From: a virus
Virus record (IMG/VR): IMGVR_UViG_3300002092_001378
Span: 37,757-101,756 of that record
Reading direction: 5' to 3' (one strand)
Length of the DNA: 64,000 nucleotides
Part shown: piece by piece, positions 20,125 through 29,632 of the stretch
Layout of the letters: the number at the start of each line of letters is the position of its first letter
Numbering within the stretch: the first letter of the stretch is position 1
The notes under the pieces: model-generated
Database searches by the model: none
What the model was told of the DNA's origin: nothing
Seen by the model: only the letters and a program-made list of their open reading frames with translations
Made by a program: the position numbers and the translations under genes

Positions 20125-22224
20125 ATGTCATATACAATTAATGTCACTAATAGTAATCCAATTACAATATTGTCAGGTACTTCAGATACCAGCACTGCAC
20201 TTACGCTTGTGGGAAAGAATATTTCTAACTACGGAGAAATATTTGCTCAAAATTTTGTTGACTTAATGCAAAACTTCGCAAGCCCCAGTGCTCCAAATGG
20301 GATATTAGAGGGACAATTATGGTATGACAGTGGCACATATTCCTTAAAATTATATAAGAACGGCAGCTATAAAGTTATATCAACTATTTCATCCAGTACA
20401 ACCGCCCCAACTGCCCCTTACATTGGTGATTTGTGGTGGGATACGGCAAATAGTCTTCTTAAGATATGGAATACTACTACTTGGGTTTCTATTGGCCCCA
20501 ACGTATTGAATACTTCCAGTTCAGCAGTTGCGGACGCTATACTTGACACCAATAATGTGCTGAGACCAATCTTAAAAATGGTAGTTGATTCGGCTGTTGT
20601 TGCAGTATTCAGTTCTGCTACCTTTGCACCTCAGACAACATATAACGGGCTTACATTAATTTACGGTGGCATGACACTTGTTGGTACCGGAACAACTTTC
20701 GGAAACATTGTTAGCTCATTTGCGTCAATTACTACTCTTAACGCAACTACAACTAATGCTTCGCAAGTAAATGCTGTTACTGTAGTTGCCACAACAATTG
20801 GAAATGCTAATTCAGCAATACGAGGAACAAGTGCCACCGTTGCTGGCGCAATTACTGCTGCAACTGTCAATGCACTTAATATTGGAAACGCCGGAGCTAC
20901 AATAACAGGTACACATAATGGTCCACATAATGGACCATTTAATGGAAATATTGGATCAGTAACTCCTAACACTGCTGTCTTTACAACTGTGACTGCTGAT
21001 ACTGTTACTGCAATAACTGTGACAGGTAATACTATAGGAAATACTGGTGCTACATTAACTGGTACGCTCTCAACTGCTACTCAACCAAATATTACAAGTG
21101 TGGGAACATTAACTGGTGCAACAGTAAATGGAACTTTAACTGCTACAACTGCCAATGCAACCACGGTAAATGCAACTACCACTAATAGTAGCACGGTAAA
21201 TGCATCGACTGTTAATGCTGTAACACTAGCGGCAACAAATATTGGTAATGCTACCTCGGTTGTAACTGGTGCAAGTGCTGCAATAGCTGGCACAGTGACC
21301 GCTGCAACAGTTAACGCCCTGGCAATCGGAAACAACGGTGCGATAATAACCGGAACACATAACGGTCCACTTAATGGACCATTTAATGGAACTATAGGCG
21401 CTACAGTTGCTAATACAGCAGCATTCACTACAATGGCAACATCGGGTACAACCAGTTTAGCAACATTGAGTGGTAATGTTGGGATTGGTACTGCGTCAGC
21501 TGCTGCAAAATTACATGTTGCGGGAACACTTAATTTAACGAGCACACTGTCAATATCTGGTGCTCCAGGTGGGAGTGGGCAATTCTTAACATCCGGTGGC
21601 GCAGGCGCCGCCCCTACTTGGACTAGTATGCGTAGCGGATTTAGCGACATGGTAGTTTATGGTGTGGCAGGCACTTATGCTTGGACTGTGCCGGCAAATG
21701 TTACTAAAATAAAAGCAACTGTTGTTGGTGGCGGTGGTGGTGGCGGCGGCAGTGGCCAAAATTATGATAGTGGCGCTGGTGGCGGCGGTGGTGGCACATC
21801 CACTAAAATTATTAGCGGTTTAACTCCTGGAACTTCTATTACTGTCACTGTTGGTGGTGGTGGCGGAGGTAGTAATGGTTGGGGAGGAACTGGGCAAACT
21901 GGCGGAACTTCGTCTGTTGGTTATTGCAGCGCGACAGGTGGTGAAGGTGGTGCTCCAACTTCTGGCTCTGGTGGCGTTGGCGGCATAGGTAATAGTGGAG
22001 ATATTAATATTAGAGGTCAGGCAGGTGGTTCCGGCATTGCGTGTGGTACATACGGCGGTAGTCCTGGGGGCAATGGCGGATCTTCTACGTTGGGTGGCGG
22101 CGGCCAAGGCGGATCAGGTACTGGTGGCATTGGTGGATCTTATGGCGGAGGCGGAGGCGGCGCCGGTGGTATATACACCTCAGGTGGCGCAGGCGCCACG
22201 GGTGTTGTAATAATAGAATACTAA
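20125..22224 (+). CDS. Tail fibre paralog 4 with Gly-rich C-terminal adhesin-like domain
   Basis: Shared N-terminal module, duplicated ~70-aa shaft segment, GNVGIGT motif, and C-terminal WTVPANVTKI..VVGGGGGG...GVVIIEY Gly-rich domain. Confidence 0.8.
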   Translation: MSYTINVTNSNPITILSGTSDTSTALTLVGKNISNYGEIFAQNFVDLMQNFASPSAPNGILEGQLWYDSGTYSLKLYKNGSYKVISTISSSTTAPTAPYIGDLWWDTANSLLKIWNTTTWVSIGPNVLNTSSSAVADAILDTNNVLRPILKMVVDSAVVAVFSSATFAPQTTYNGLTLIYGGMTLVGTGTTFGNIVSSFASITTLNATTTNASQVNAVTVVATTIGNANSAIRGTSATVAGAITAATVNALNIGNAGATITGTHNGPHNGPFNGNIGSVTPNTAVFTTVTADTVTAITVTGNTIGNTGATLTGTLSTATQPNITSVGTLTGATVNGTLTATTANATTVNATTTNSSTVNASTVNAVTLAATNIGNATSVVTGASAAIAGTVTAATVNALAIGNNGAIITGTHNGPLNGPFNGTIGATVANTAAFTTMATSGTTSLATLSGNVGIGTASAAAKLHVAGTLNLTSTLSISGAPGGSGQFLTSGGAGAAPTWTSMRSGFSDMVVYGVAGTYAWTVPANVTKIKATVVGGGGGGGGSGQNYDSGAGGGGGGTSTKIISGLTPGTSITVTVGGGGGGSNGWGGTGQTGGTSSVGYCSATGGEGGAPTSGSGGVGGIGNSGDINIRGQAGGSGIACGTYGGSPGGNGGSSTLGGGGQGGSGTGGIGGSYGGGGGGAGGIYTSGGAGATGVVIIEY

Positions 22225-22252
22225 TTTTCAAAATGACATAAAAAATAAACAA

Positions 22253-22258
22253 TAAATA
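22253..22258 (+). promoter_or_regulatory. TAAATA late-promoter-like motif
   Basis: Upstream of 22276, followed by SD AGGA. Confidence 0.6.
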
Positions 22259-22275
22259 TTGTACTAGGATAAAAA

Positions 22276-23193
22276 ATGGCATACTCTTCCGGCGGGTTAA
22301 TTGAAGCAGTTGATTATAATAACAGAGTAAATGCTCTCAATTCAATCTGGGGCGCAGGTTCCGGTGCAAACGGCTATGGGCAAACTTCAACTACACTTAG
22401 TACAACTAGTACCAGTGCAGCGGTAACGGCAACTCAATGGGCCAGTTTAATTGCTAGACTGGACGCGATAACCGTTCATCAAACTGGCGTTACGTCTAGT
22501 ATATCACAGCCAACTGCTGGTACAACAATTGCATGGTTGAGTACAATTGACACAAAAATTGCAGCAACTTATACAAATAGACTTTCAGTTTCATTTAGAG
22601 GCGCACTTAATTTGACCGCAATTGGAACTATTTCTAACAGTACTGGTTGGTATACAAGTTCCACTAAAGAAGGGCAAATGTCATTTAGTAGTACTGACAC
22701 TGTGCGATATTTCTTTAATGCAGGCGGTCTAATATCAATGAATATAACACAGGCCGCAGGTGCAAATATTAAAAGTACAGACTGGTCAAATTTTTATACT
22801 AATCAAATTGGTGTAATAAGTTTGGGATATAATTTTTGTAGCAGAAGTGGATCAGGTGGTGATAACTTAACTTTAAATACCAGTATCGGATGGACTAATT
22901 TAACATCAACATATCAAACATTGTTTAGTGTTGGTTCCACAACCGCCACTGGTTATTATGGCAACAACTATATGACTATTGAAGCAAAAATTGGTTCTAC
23001 AAACAATGTGCTACAATTTAGATTTATCTCATATGATGTGGCACTTGATTCAGCTCCCTATAGAAACTTGGCACAACAAATAATATCAGGCGCAAATACT
23101 GTTAATTTTGGTTGGACTCCGCCCGAAACAACGTATCTAACCAATGTCTGGGGAACACCTGCATTTGGTATTGTAACTAATAGCCAAGGCTAA
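22276..23193 (+). CDS. Probable virion structural protein
   Basis: 305 aa, Ser/Thr/Gly-rich. MAYSSGGLIEAVDYN, GYGQ and RYFFNAGG motifs. Late motif upstream. Confidence 0.65.
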   Translation: MAYSSGGLIEAVDYNNRVNALNSIWGAGSGANGYGQTSTTLSTTSTSAAVTATQWASLIARLDAITVHQTGVTSSISQPTAGTTIAWLSTIDTKIAATYTNRLSVSFRGALNLTAIGTISNSTGWYTSSTKEGQMSFSSTDTVRYFFNAGGLISMNITQAAGANIKSTDWSNFYTNQIGVISLGYNFCSRSGSGGDNLTLNTSIGWTNLTSTYQTLFSVGSTTATGYYGNNYMTIEAKIGSTNNVLQFRFISYDVALDSAPYRNLAQQIISGANTVNFGWTPPETTYLTNVWGTPAFGIVTNSQG

Positions 23194-23194
23194 T

Positions 23195-23223
23195 TTGATT
23201 TATTTTTTAATTTGTGTTATTAT
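23195..23223 (+). promoter_or_regulatory. Sigma70-type promoter heading the GT/radical SAM operon
   Basis: TTGATT-N17-TATTAT with an extended TG. ATG 23229 follows 5 nt later. Confidence 0.55.
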
Positions 23224-23228
23224 GAGAC

Positions 23229-23549
23229 ATGGACATAGACAATCTACAACGCCAAGCTCAATTAAGTTTTGATCATGCAATTGCTAAGAAAAACCTACAG
23301 CAACGTATACAATCGCGACTTAATGTTACATATAACGATGGTTTCTTTACAGTAACAAAAGAACAAATAAACTTTCTGGATTTACTAGGATCACAGTCTG
23401 TGGTACTACTTGATGATTACCAAACTCCCATTGAAGTAAATGCATTTGAGTTACTCAAGATCATGTTTCAACGATATCACGAAATTATGAATGAATGGCT
23501 TGAGGAATACGAGCAACTTAAAAAGATTAGATCAGCAAAACATGTCTAA
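23229..23549 (+). CDS. Hypothetical protein
   Basis: 106-aa ORF, first of an overlapping gene run. Confidence 0.7.
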   Translation: MDIDNLQRQAQLSFDHAIAKKNLQQRIQSRLNVTYNDGFFTVTKEQINFLDLLGSQSVVLLDDYQTPIEVNAFELLKIMFQRYHEIMNEWLEEYEQLKKIRSAKHV

Positions 23550-24336
23550 TACCGGCGCAGTCATTGTTGCTAACAACACCGATAGATTTAATTACGTTAG
23601 GTTGGCGGAAATATGCGCGGAACGAGTACAACGTCATCTAAAAATTCCAGTGTCACTTGTTACAACTTCAGATGTTACATCTACAGTTTTTGATAAGATT
23701 ATCATAATGGAATCATATGAACAAAATCAAAGATTCTTTACGGCAACACAAGAGAAGACAGAGTGGCGTAACATGGGTCGTACTCAAGTATACGATCTTA
23801 CTCCATATGATAGAACATTGCTATTGGATGCAGATTTGTTTATACAAACCAATGCACTGCTGAATCATATAAAAACAAACAATGACTTTGCAATTGCCAG
23901 AGACGTATACGACCCAACAACTGGCCATATATATAAAATGAAGTTTGGCAAAACTCAAATGGATCAGTGCTGGGCAACATTGGTAATCTTTAATAAGTCT
24001 GAATTAGCTCGCAACATATTCGATATGGCACAACATGTTTTAAATCATTATGCTTACTATTGTAGGCTATACAATTTTGCAGATGTCCCATTAAGAAACG
24101 ATTACGCATTTACAGTTGCATGTCATCTAATGGGTGGCTATGGACAAAGACATTTTGATATTACTGGTTATGCTTTACCCAACTGTGACTTTTATACAGA
24201 CATACTTGAGCTGAATACTGATAACATTCTAATAAAGTATAGTAAGCAGGAAAAGACATACGTGCAACGAATTAAAAGTGATCTGCATATGCAAAACAAA
24301 CTAAGTCTATTTGAGAGAATCAATGAAAGCAGGTAA
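23542..24336 (+). CDS. GT-A fold glycosyltransferase-like protein (GT8-like)
   Basis: Start moved to ATG 23542. YDLTPYDRTLLLDADL (DxD), WATLVIF, RNDYAF. Confidence 0.75.
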   Translation: MSNTGAVIVANNTDRFNYVRLAEICAERVQRHLKIPVSLVTTSDVTSTVFDKIIIMESYEQNQRFFTATQEKTEWRNMGRTQVYDLTPYDRTLLLDADLFIQTNALLNHIKTNNDFAIARDVYDPTTGHIYKMKFGKTQMDQCWATLVIFNKSELARNIFDMAQHVLNHYAYYCRLYNFADVPLRNDYAFTVACHLMGGYGQRHFDITGYALPNCDFYTDILELNTDNILIKYSKQEKTYVQRIKSDLHMQNKLSLFERINESR

Positions 24337-25093
24337 GGGATTTCTAACAGTTGCATGTAACAATTACTTGCCTTATGCTTTTAAGTTAGCAGAGAGTATT
24401 AAAGCTACGCAACGTGATTCAAATATAAGTGTAATTGTTGATGACCTTGATCAAATTGAAAATAAGCATCAGGACATATTTGATAAGATTATTCAAGTTG
24501 CCAAAAATGAAAATAAATTTTGGGCTGAGACGCAGGTCTGTGCATTAACGCCATATAAACAAACTATTAAAATTGAAGCGGACATGATTGTGCCACAGTC
24601 AATTGATCATTGGTGGAGTATACTTGATCAAAAGAATGTTGTACTAACCAACCATGTAAAAACATACTGGCATACAACAGTGACAGACAGAAGTCAACGT
24701 CGGTTATTTGATGACAACAATTTGCCTGATGTTTACAGTGGCATCTATTACTTTAGGTACAGTAAAGAGTCATATAATTTCTTTCAGATTGTCAATCAGA
24801 TATTTGATAATTGGACATGGTTTAAAAACAATTTAAAAAACTGTAGGTATGAACAGCCAGTAACAGATGAAGTATTTGCTATTGCTGCTCAGATATATGG
24901 TGTCGAGAATTGCACAATTAATAATGAAATTCCCACCTTTGTGCATATGAAAAATAAATTGCAGGATATACCAAGCGACGACAACTGGTATAGGTATGTT
25001 GCGTATGAGAAATCACAACAGGCAATTGGAATGTATAAACAACAGTATCCCATTCATTATTGGGATAAAGCATTTTGGAACAACAATGACTGA
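24323..25093 (+). CDS. GT-A fold glycosyltransferase-like protein (GT8-like paralog)
   Basis: Start moved to ATG 24323. LTPYKQTIKIEADM (ExD variant), VYSGIYYF, TDEVFAIA, FVHMK. Confidence 0.7.
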   Translation: MKAGKGFLTVACNNYLPYAFKLAESIKATQRDSNISVIVDDLDQIENKHQDIFDKIIQVAKNENKFWAETQVCALTPYKQTIKIEADMIVPQSIDHWWSILDQKNVVLTNHVKTYWHTTVTDRSQRRLFDDNNLPDVYSGIYYFRYSKESYNFFQIVNQIFDNWTWFKNNLKNCRYEQPVTDEVFAIAAQIYGVENCTINNEIPTFVHMKNKLQDIPSDDNWYRYVAYEKSQQAIGMYKQQYPIHYWDKAFWNNND

Positions 25094-25433
25094 TGAGGAA
25101 ATGTTTGCTGATATATTCAAACTGTATCAACCAATCAAATTACCAAATTTAGATTATAAAGCCTATTATAATGACTCAAACGAAATAGTCTGCTTCAGCC
25201 AAGAAGAACTGGACATGCCCTATTACGTTATTACACAGGAATGGTTCATGATTGGGCAACCAAATCTGTTTAAAATATATGACGGTCAAGTGGTAAAGCG
25301 TGACGTAAATCAAAAAAACCGGTTGCAATTAAAGTCAAACGGTAGTATATTTGCTTGTATGCAACATGACATGCAGTTTGCAGTGTCGGAGTCGTATACT
25401 GGTGATAAAGCATACTGGGACCCAAATGACTGA
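25086..25433 (+). CDS. Hypothetical protein
   Basis: Start moved to ATG 25086. Overlaps both neighbours by 8 nt. Confidence 0.65.
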   Translation: MTDEEMFADIFKLYQPIKLPNLDYKAYYNDSNEIVCFSQEELDMPYYVITQEWFMIGQPNLFKIYDGQVVKRDVNQKNRLQLKSNGSIFACMQHDMQFAVSESYTGDKAYWDPND

Positions 25434-26355
25434 AATTGTTGATGTTAGCGAATTGGATTGCATTTATCTCAGCTATGATGAGCCGCAGGCCGATGAGTTC
25501 TTCATCAAGATACGCAGTCAAATACCCTGGATCAAACGTGTACATGGTGTAAAAGGCAGTGATGCTGCTCATAAAGCTGCTGCCGCCGCAAGTGATACTG
25601 AACGCTTTATTCTTATTGACGGCGACAATATGCCCAACTGGAATTTCTTCCATGAGCAACTGCGTATTGATCATACAAATGATGAATGTGTATTCCGCTG
25701 GCGTGCTAAGAACGTCATTAATGGATTGACATATGGCAACGGTGGCATCAGCTGCTGGACTAAAACATTTGTCAACAATATGCGTAGTCATGAAGCAACC
25801 AATGGCACGGATGCAACACAAGTTGAATTCTGCTTTGATAACAAATACTGGGCAATGCACGACGTCTACAGCACAACATATCCTAATCAAAGCCGATATC
25901 ATGCTTGGCGAGCAGGGTTTAGAGAAGGTGTTAAAATGTGTTTGGATCAAGGACGCAGATTAACGCCAGCGGAGTTTGAATCTGCTTGGCAGGGCAACAG
26001 GCATAACCTTGAAATTTGGTGTACTGTTGGCAACGATGTTGACTATGGCGACTGGGCTATAATGGGTGCCAGATATGGCGCATGGCGTGTTATGTTTGAT
26101 TCTGCTTGGGATCACACTGAAGTAAGAGATTTTGATAAGCTAAAAGAGATTTATGAGAACTTTAACGACACTTATATCGAAGATTATACCGCAGAATTAA
26201 CTAATAGGCTTGGACTTAATATTGTTCATTTGTCATCTGAGCAAAGTGCATGGCATAAAGCACATCAAACAGAATATAAAAACGTAGACATCATGCTTCC
26301 TGAACGAGACTACAACAGAGTAATAAATGACACAGCAAGGACCCTCAGGCGATAA
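25426..26355 (+). CDS. Glycosyltransferase-like protein (GT2-like)
   Basis: Start moved to ATG 25426. DCIYLSYDEP, RVHGVKGSDAAH, FILIDGDN (DxD), YGNGG, AWRAGFREGVKM. Confidence 0.7.
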   Translation: MTEIVDVSELDCIYLSYDEPQADEFFIKIRSQIPWIKRVHGVKGSDAAHKAAAAASDTERFILIDGDNMPNWNFFHEQLRIDHTNDECVFRWRAKNVINGLTYGNGGISCWTKTFVNNMRSHEATNGTDATQVEFCFDNKYWAMHDVYSTTYPNQSRYHAWRAGFREGVKMCLDQGRRLTPAEFESAWQGNRHNLEIWCTVGNDVDYGDWAIMGARYGAWRVMFDSAWDHTEVRDFDKLKEIYENFNDTYIEDYTAELTNRLGLNIVHLSSEQSAWHKAHQTEYKNVDIMLPERDYNRVINDTARTLRR

Positions 26356-27757
26356 GACTACAACAAATGATGATGGCACACTTAATAGTGCGTTCATGTC
26401 ATCAGCAGAACAAATGCGAGAAAAGCTTGGGCCAGCATTATGTCTTGCCAAGTGGCAACAGACCAGCCTACACTTAACTACTGGTCATACAAATAGCTGT
26501 TACCATCCACCACTACACAAGATCGAGGAGACAGAACTTGAGAATAACCCCAGTGCGCTCCATAACACCCCTTACAAGAAGACCCAAAGACACAGGATGT
26601 TACGGGGAGAGAAGCCAGAAGAATGTTCATATTGCTGGCGTGCTGAAGCCACTGGAAACTTATCAGATAGACACTACAGGTCAGGGGAGCCCTGGGCGGC
26701 TGAGAGATTTGATGAGATTTTGGTTCAAGATCCCCTAACATGGAATGTGAATCCCGCTTATGTTGAAGTCAATTTTAGCAATATTTGTAATCTTAGATGT
26801 AGTTATTGCAGCCCTCAATTTAGTAGCACATGGGCACAAGAAGTCGCCAAGTTGGGCGCCTATCCTACCCATAATAGACATAACGACCCAAGTCATTTTG
26901 TGGGGGAACGTCATGTTATTGCTAATCGTTCCCATAATCCTTATGTTGACGCCTTTTGGAAGTGGTGGCCTGAACTATATCCCCAACTAAAACACTTCCG
27001 TATGACTGGTGGTGAGCCAACCATGGATAAGAATACATATCGTGTATTTGACTATGTGTTGGCAAATCCAAAGAAAGATCTACATCTCAACACCACAAGT
27101 AACTTCAGTCAACAGCCGGTTGTGTTTGACAAGTATCTGGATTATGTTAAGAGACTATGTGAAGGTGAGCACATTGAGCATTTCATGCAGTTTGTTAGTC
27201 TCGACACATGGGGCAAGCAAGCTGAGTATATACGTGATGGTATGGACTTTGATCTTGTTATTGCGAACGTAGAAAGATTTTTAACTGAAGTACCTTATCG
27301 CAATAGCCTCACGTTCATTATTACTGTGAGCAATCTTGCCATTCCTAATATTCACAGGCTATTGCAGTATATATTAGATCTTAGATCAAAGCACAGCACA
27401 ACATATCAGCGTGTTTGGTTTGATACTCCTGTATTGCGTGAACCATTATGGCAAACGCCAATTGGCATGCCGGAAGCTTATCAATGGAAGCTGAAGAAAA
27501 CTGTTGAGTGGATGAACAATAATCTAGAAACAACTGAAAATCGTTTTCACGGATTTAAAGATTATGAGATACAGCGTTTACAGCGTATAATAGATCAAAT
27601 GGGTTCAAAGAAAAATCAATTTGCCAATGAGACAAAAGCAGACTTTTACAAGTTCTTCGATGAACATGACAAGCGCAGAAACACAAACTTTCTTAAGACT
27701 TTTCCTGAGATGAGTGAGTGGTATGACGAATGTAAGTATTGGGCTGCCAATGTTTGA
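26327..27757 (+). CDS. Radical SAM protein with N-terminal twitch-like domain (1 of 7)
   Basis: N-terminal C..W...CYH...CSYCW..E, CNLRCSYC, TGGEP. Confidence 0.9.
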   Translation: MTQQGPSGDKTTTNDDGTLNSAFMSSAEQMREKLGPALCLAKWQQTSLHLTTGHTNSCYHPPLHKIEETELENNPSALHNTPYKKTQRHRMLRGEKPEECSYCWRAEATGNLSDRHYRSGEPWAAERFDEILVQDPLTWNVNPAYVEVNFSNICNLRCSYCSPQFSSTWAQEVAKLGAYPTHNRHNDPSHFVGERHVIANRSHNPYVDAFWKWWPELYPQLKHFRMTGGEPTMDKNTYRVFDYVLANPKKDLHLNTTSNFSQQPVVFDKYLDYVKRLCEGEHIEHFMQFVSLDTWGKQAEYIRDGMDFDLVIANVERFLTEVPYRNSLTFIITVSNLAIPNIHRLLQYILDLRSKHSTTYQRVWFDTPVLREPLWQTPIGMPEAYQWKLKKTVEWMNNNLETTENRFHGFKDYEIQRLQRIIDQMGSKKNQFANETKADFYKFFDEHDKRRNTNFLKTFPEMSEWYDECKYWAANV

Positions 27758-28610
27758 TCTTAATAATGTTAAAACACTGCATCTGGAAATAACCAGTAAC
27801 TGTAATGCTGCTTGCCCACAGTGTGATCGCTATCGTCTTGACAAATTAAATCCCAACCTGATAGTAAATGATCTTAGCCTAGCTGATATACAAAGCAAAC
27901 TTACAACTGACTTTGTTAAACAATTGAATAAAATGTTTATGTGTGGCAATCACGGTGATCCTGCTGCTGGCAAAGACACACTGGAAGTATTCAAATGGTT
28001 TCGTCAAATTAATCCCAAGATCACACTGGGAATGAATACCAATGGTGGACTTAAAACTAAACAATGGTGGAATCAACTTGCACAGCTAATCAATCGTGAA
28101 CGTGATTATGTTGTGTTTAGCATTGATGGATTAGAAGATACAAATCACATCTATCGTCGCAATGTTGAATGGCAACGTCTAATGGAAAATGTGCAGTCAT
28201 TTATAAATGCAGGTGGTAGAGCTCAGTGGGATATGTTGATATTCCGACACAATGAACATCAAGTACCAGAAGCAAGACAACTTGCCACTGATTTGGGGTT
28301 TGTCCGTTTTAATTGCAAGGTGTCTCGACGTTTTGATATGACACCAGTAGATTACCTTGAACCACCGGTTAATTACAAAGCAGCATATCACGAATCCTCG
28401 GACAATATTGAATGTATCGCACTTAAAGACAAAAGCATTTATATGGATAGCAGAGGCGATCTAATACCTTGTTGTTGGTTGGGTATTGATGTTGTTAATA
28501 ATAAGTCTCAATATACAGTGCAAGGATTTGTCCCCACTAAAGACAATGCAACGTGTCTTAAGACATGCGGCACCGCAGACAAAAGCAAGTATGAGAAACA
28601 ATGGATATGA
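27750..28610 (+). CDS. Radical SAM protein with C-terminal twitch-like domain (2 of 7)
   Basis: Start moved to ATG 27750. CNAACPQC, CGNHGDP, TNGG, FSIDG, C-terminal C...PCCW...C...C. Confidence 0.9.
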   Translation: MFDLNNVKTLHLEITSNCNAACPQCDRYRLDKLNPNLIVNDLSLADIQSKLTTDFVKQLNKMFMCGNHGDPAAGKDTLEVFKWFRQINPKITLGMNTNGGLKTKQWWNQLAQLINRERDYVVFSIDGLEDTNHIYRRNVEWQRLMENVQSFINAGGRAQWDMLIFRHNEHQVPEARQLATDLGFVRFNCKVSRRFDMTPVDYLEPPVNYKAAYHESSDNIECIALKDKSIYMDSRGDLIPCCWLGIDVVNNKSQYTVQGFVPTKDNATCLKTCGTADKSKYEKQWI

Positions 28611-29632
28611 ACTTCCCAGTCTGGCATTGGCATATTGAGAACTCCAGCATATGCAGTTTAAAATGCCCACGGTGTCCCCGTCAAGAAGTTGCAGGCAATC
28701 GTCAAACAAGTCTTAACCTTGACTTCTTTAAACGCAACTTCAATGCGGATATGTTACGTGACGTATGGCAAATTACCTTTTGTGGTGATGATGGTGATCC
28801 CATATATGGTGAAGATTTTCTTGACATCGTTACCTACTTAAAACGTACTAAGCCCAAGATTAGTCTGCGTATCGTTACCAATGGCAGTTATAAGAAAGAC
28901 TGGTGGTGGCATAATTTAGCTAGAGCACTAAACCAATATGATGAACTACAGTTTAGTTTGGATGGATGGGATCAACAATCCAATGAACAATATCGTGTAA
29001 ATTGTGATTGGGATAGTATAACAACTGCAATTAAAACTGTACATAGATACAGTAAGGTCATAATGACCTGGGCTGCAATTGGATTTAGGTTTAATGAATA
29101 CGAACTTAAAGATATGAAAGCCCTGGCAATTGAACTTGGATTCGATAAGTTTCAATTAACCAAAAGTACAAAGTTTGGTCACACATATCCTCATTATTAT
29201 CAAGATGGTGATGATGTATTGGAACCATATAACTTAAAGTTAATTGCCAAGGGTAGACGTTTTGATCGAGATGTTGTTGATCTAACCACACGCAAACAAA
29301 TGGACAATGGCAAGACATTAATTAATGTTGATCTATGGGAAAACATTGATAAAACAAAAGCAATTATTCCCATGTGTAAGATTGGCAACAAGGGCCTGTA
29401 CATAAGTGCAGATGGTTACTTCTATCCCTGTTGTTGGATGGCCAATAGATATGATCATACACGTTGGGAACAATTTAAGCAGCCGCAATTTAATTTGCAT
29501 GAGCGTACAATCACTGAAGTGTTGAGTGATGAATCCTGGCAGCAGTTTTTCGCAACACTACATAACAACAGAGAGTGTTCAGACAAATGTGCTGAACCCA
29601 ACTATAACAGGGAATATGCCACACAATGGTAA
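28601..29632 (+). CDS. Radical SAM protein with C-terminal twitch-like domain (3 of 7)
   Basis: CSLKCPRC, CGDDGDP, TNGS, FSLDG, C...PCCW...CSDKC. Confidence 0.9.
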   Translation: MDMNFPVWHWHIENSSICSLKCPRCPRQEVAGNRQTSLNLDFFKRNFNADMLRDVWQITFCGDDGDPIYGEDFLDIVTYLKRTKPKISLRIVTNGSYKKDWWWHNLARALNQYDELQFSLDGWDQQSNEQYRVNCDWDSITTAIKTVHRYSKVIMTWAAIGFRFNEYELKDMKALAIELGFDKFQLTKSTKFGHTYPHYYQDGDDVLEPYNLKLIAKGRRFDRDVVDLTTRKQMDNGKTLINVDLWENIDKTKAIIPMCKIGNKGLYISADGYFYPCCWMANRYDHTRWEQFKQPQFNLHERTITEVLSDESWQQFFATLHNNRECSDKCAEPNYNREYATQW

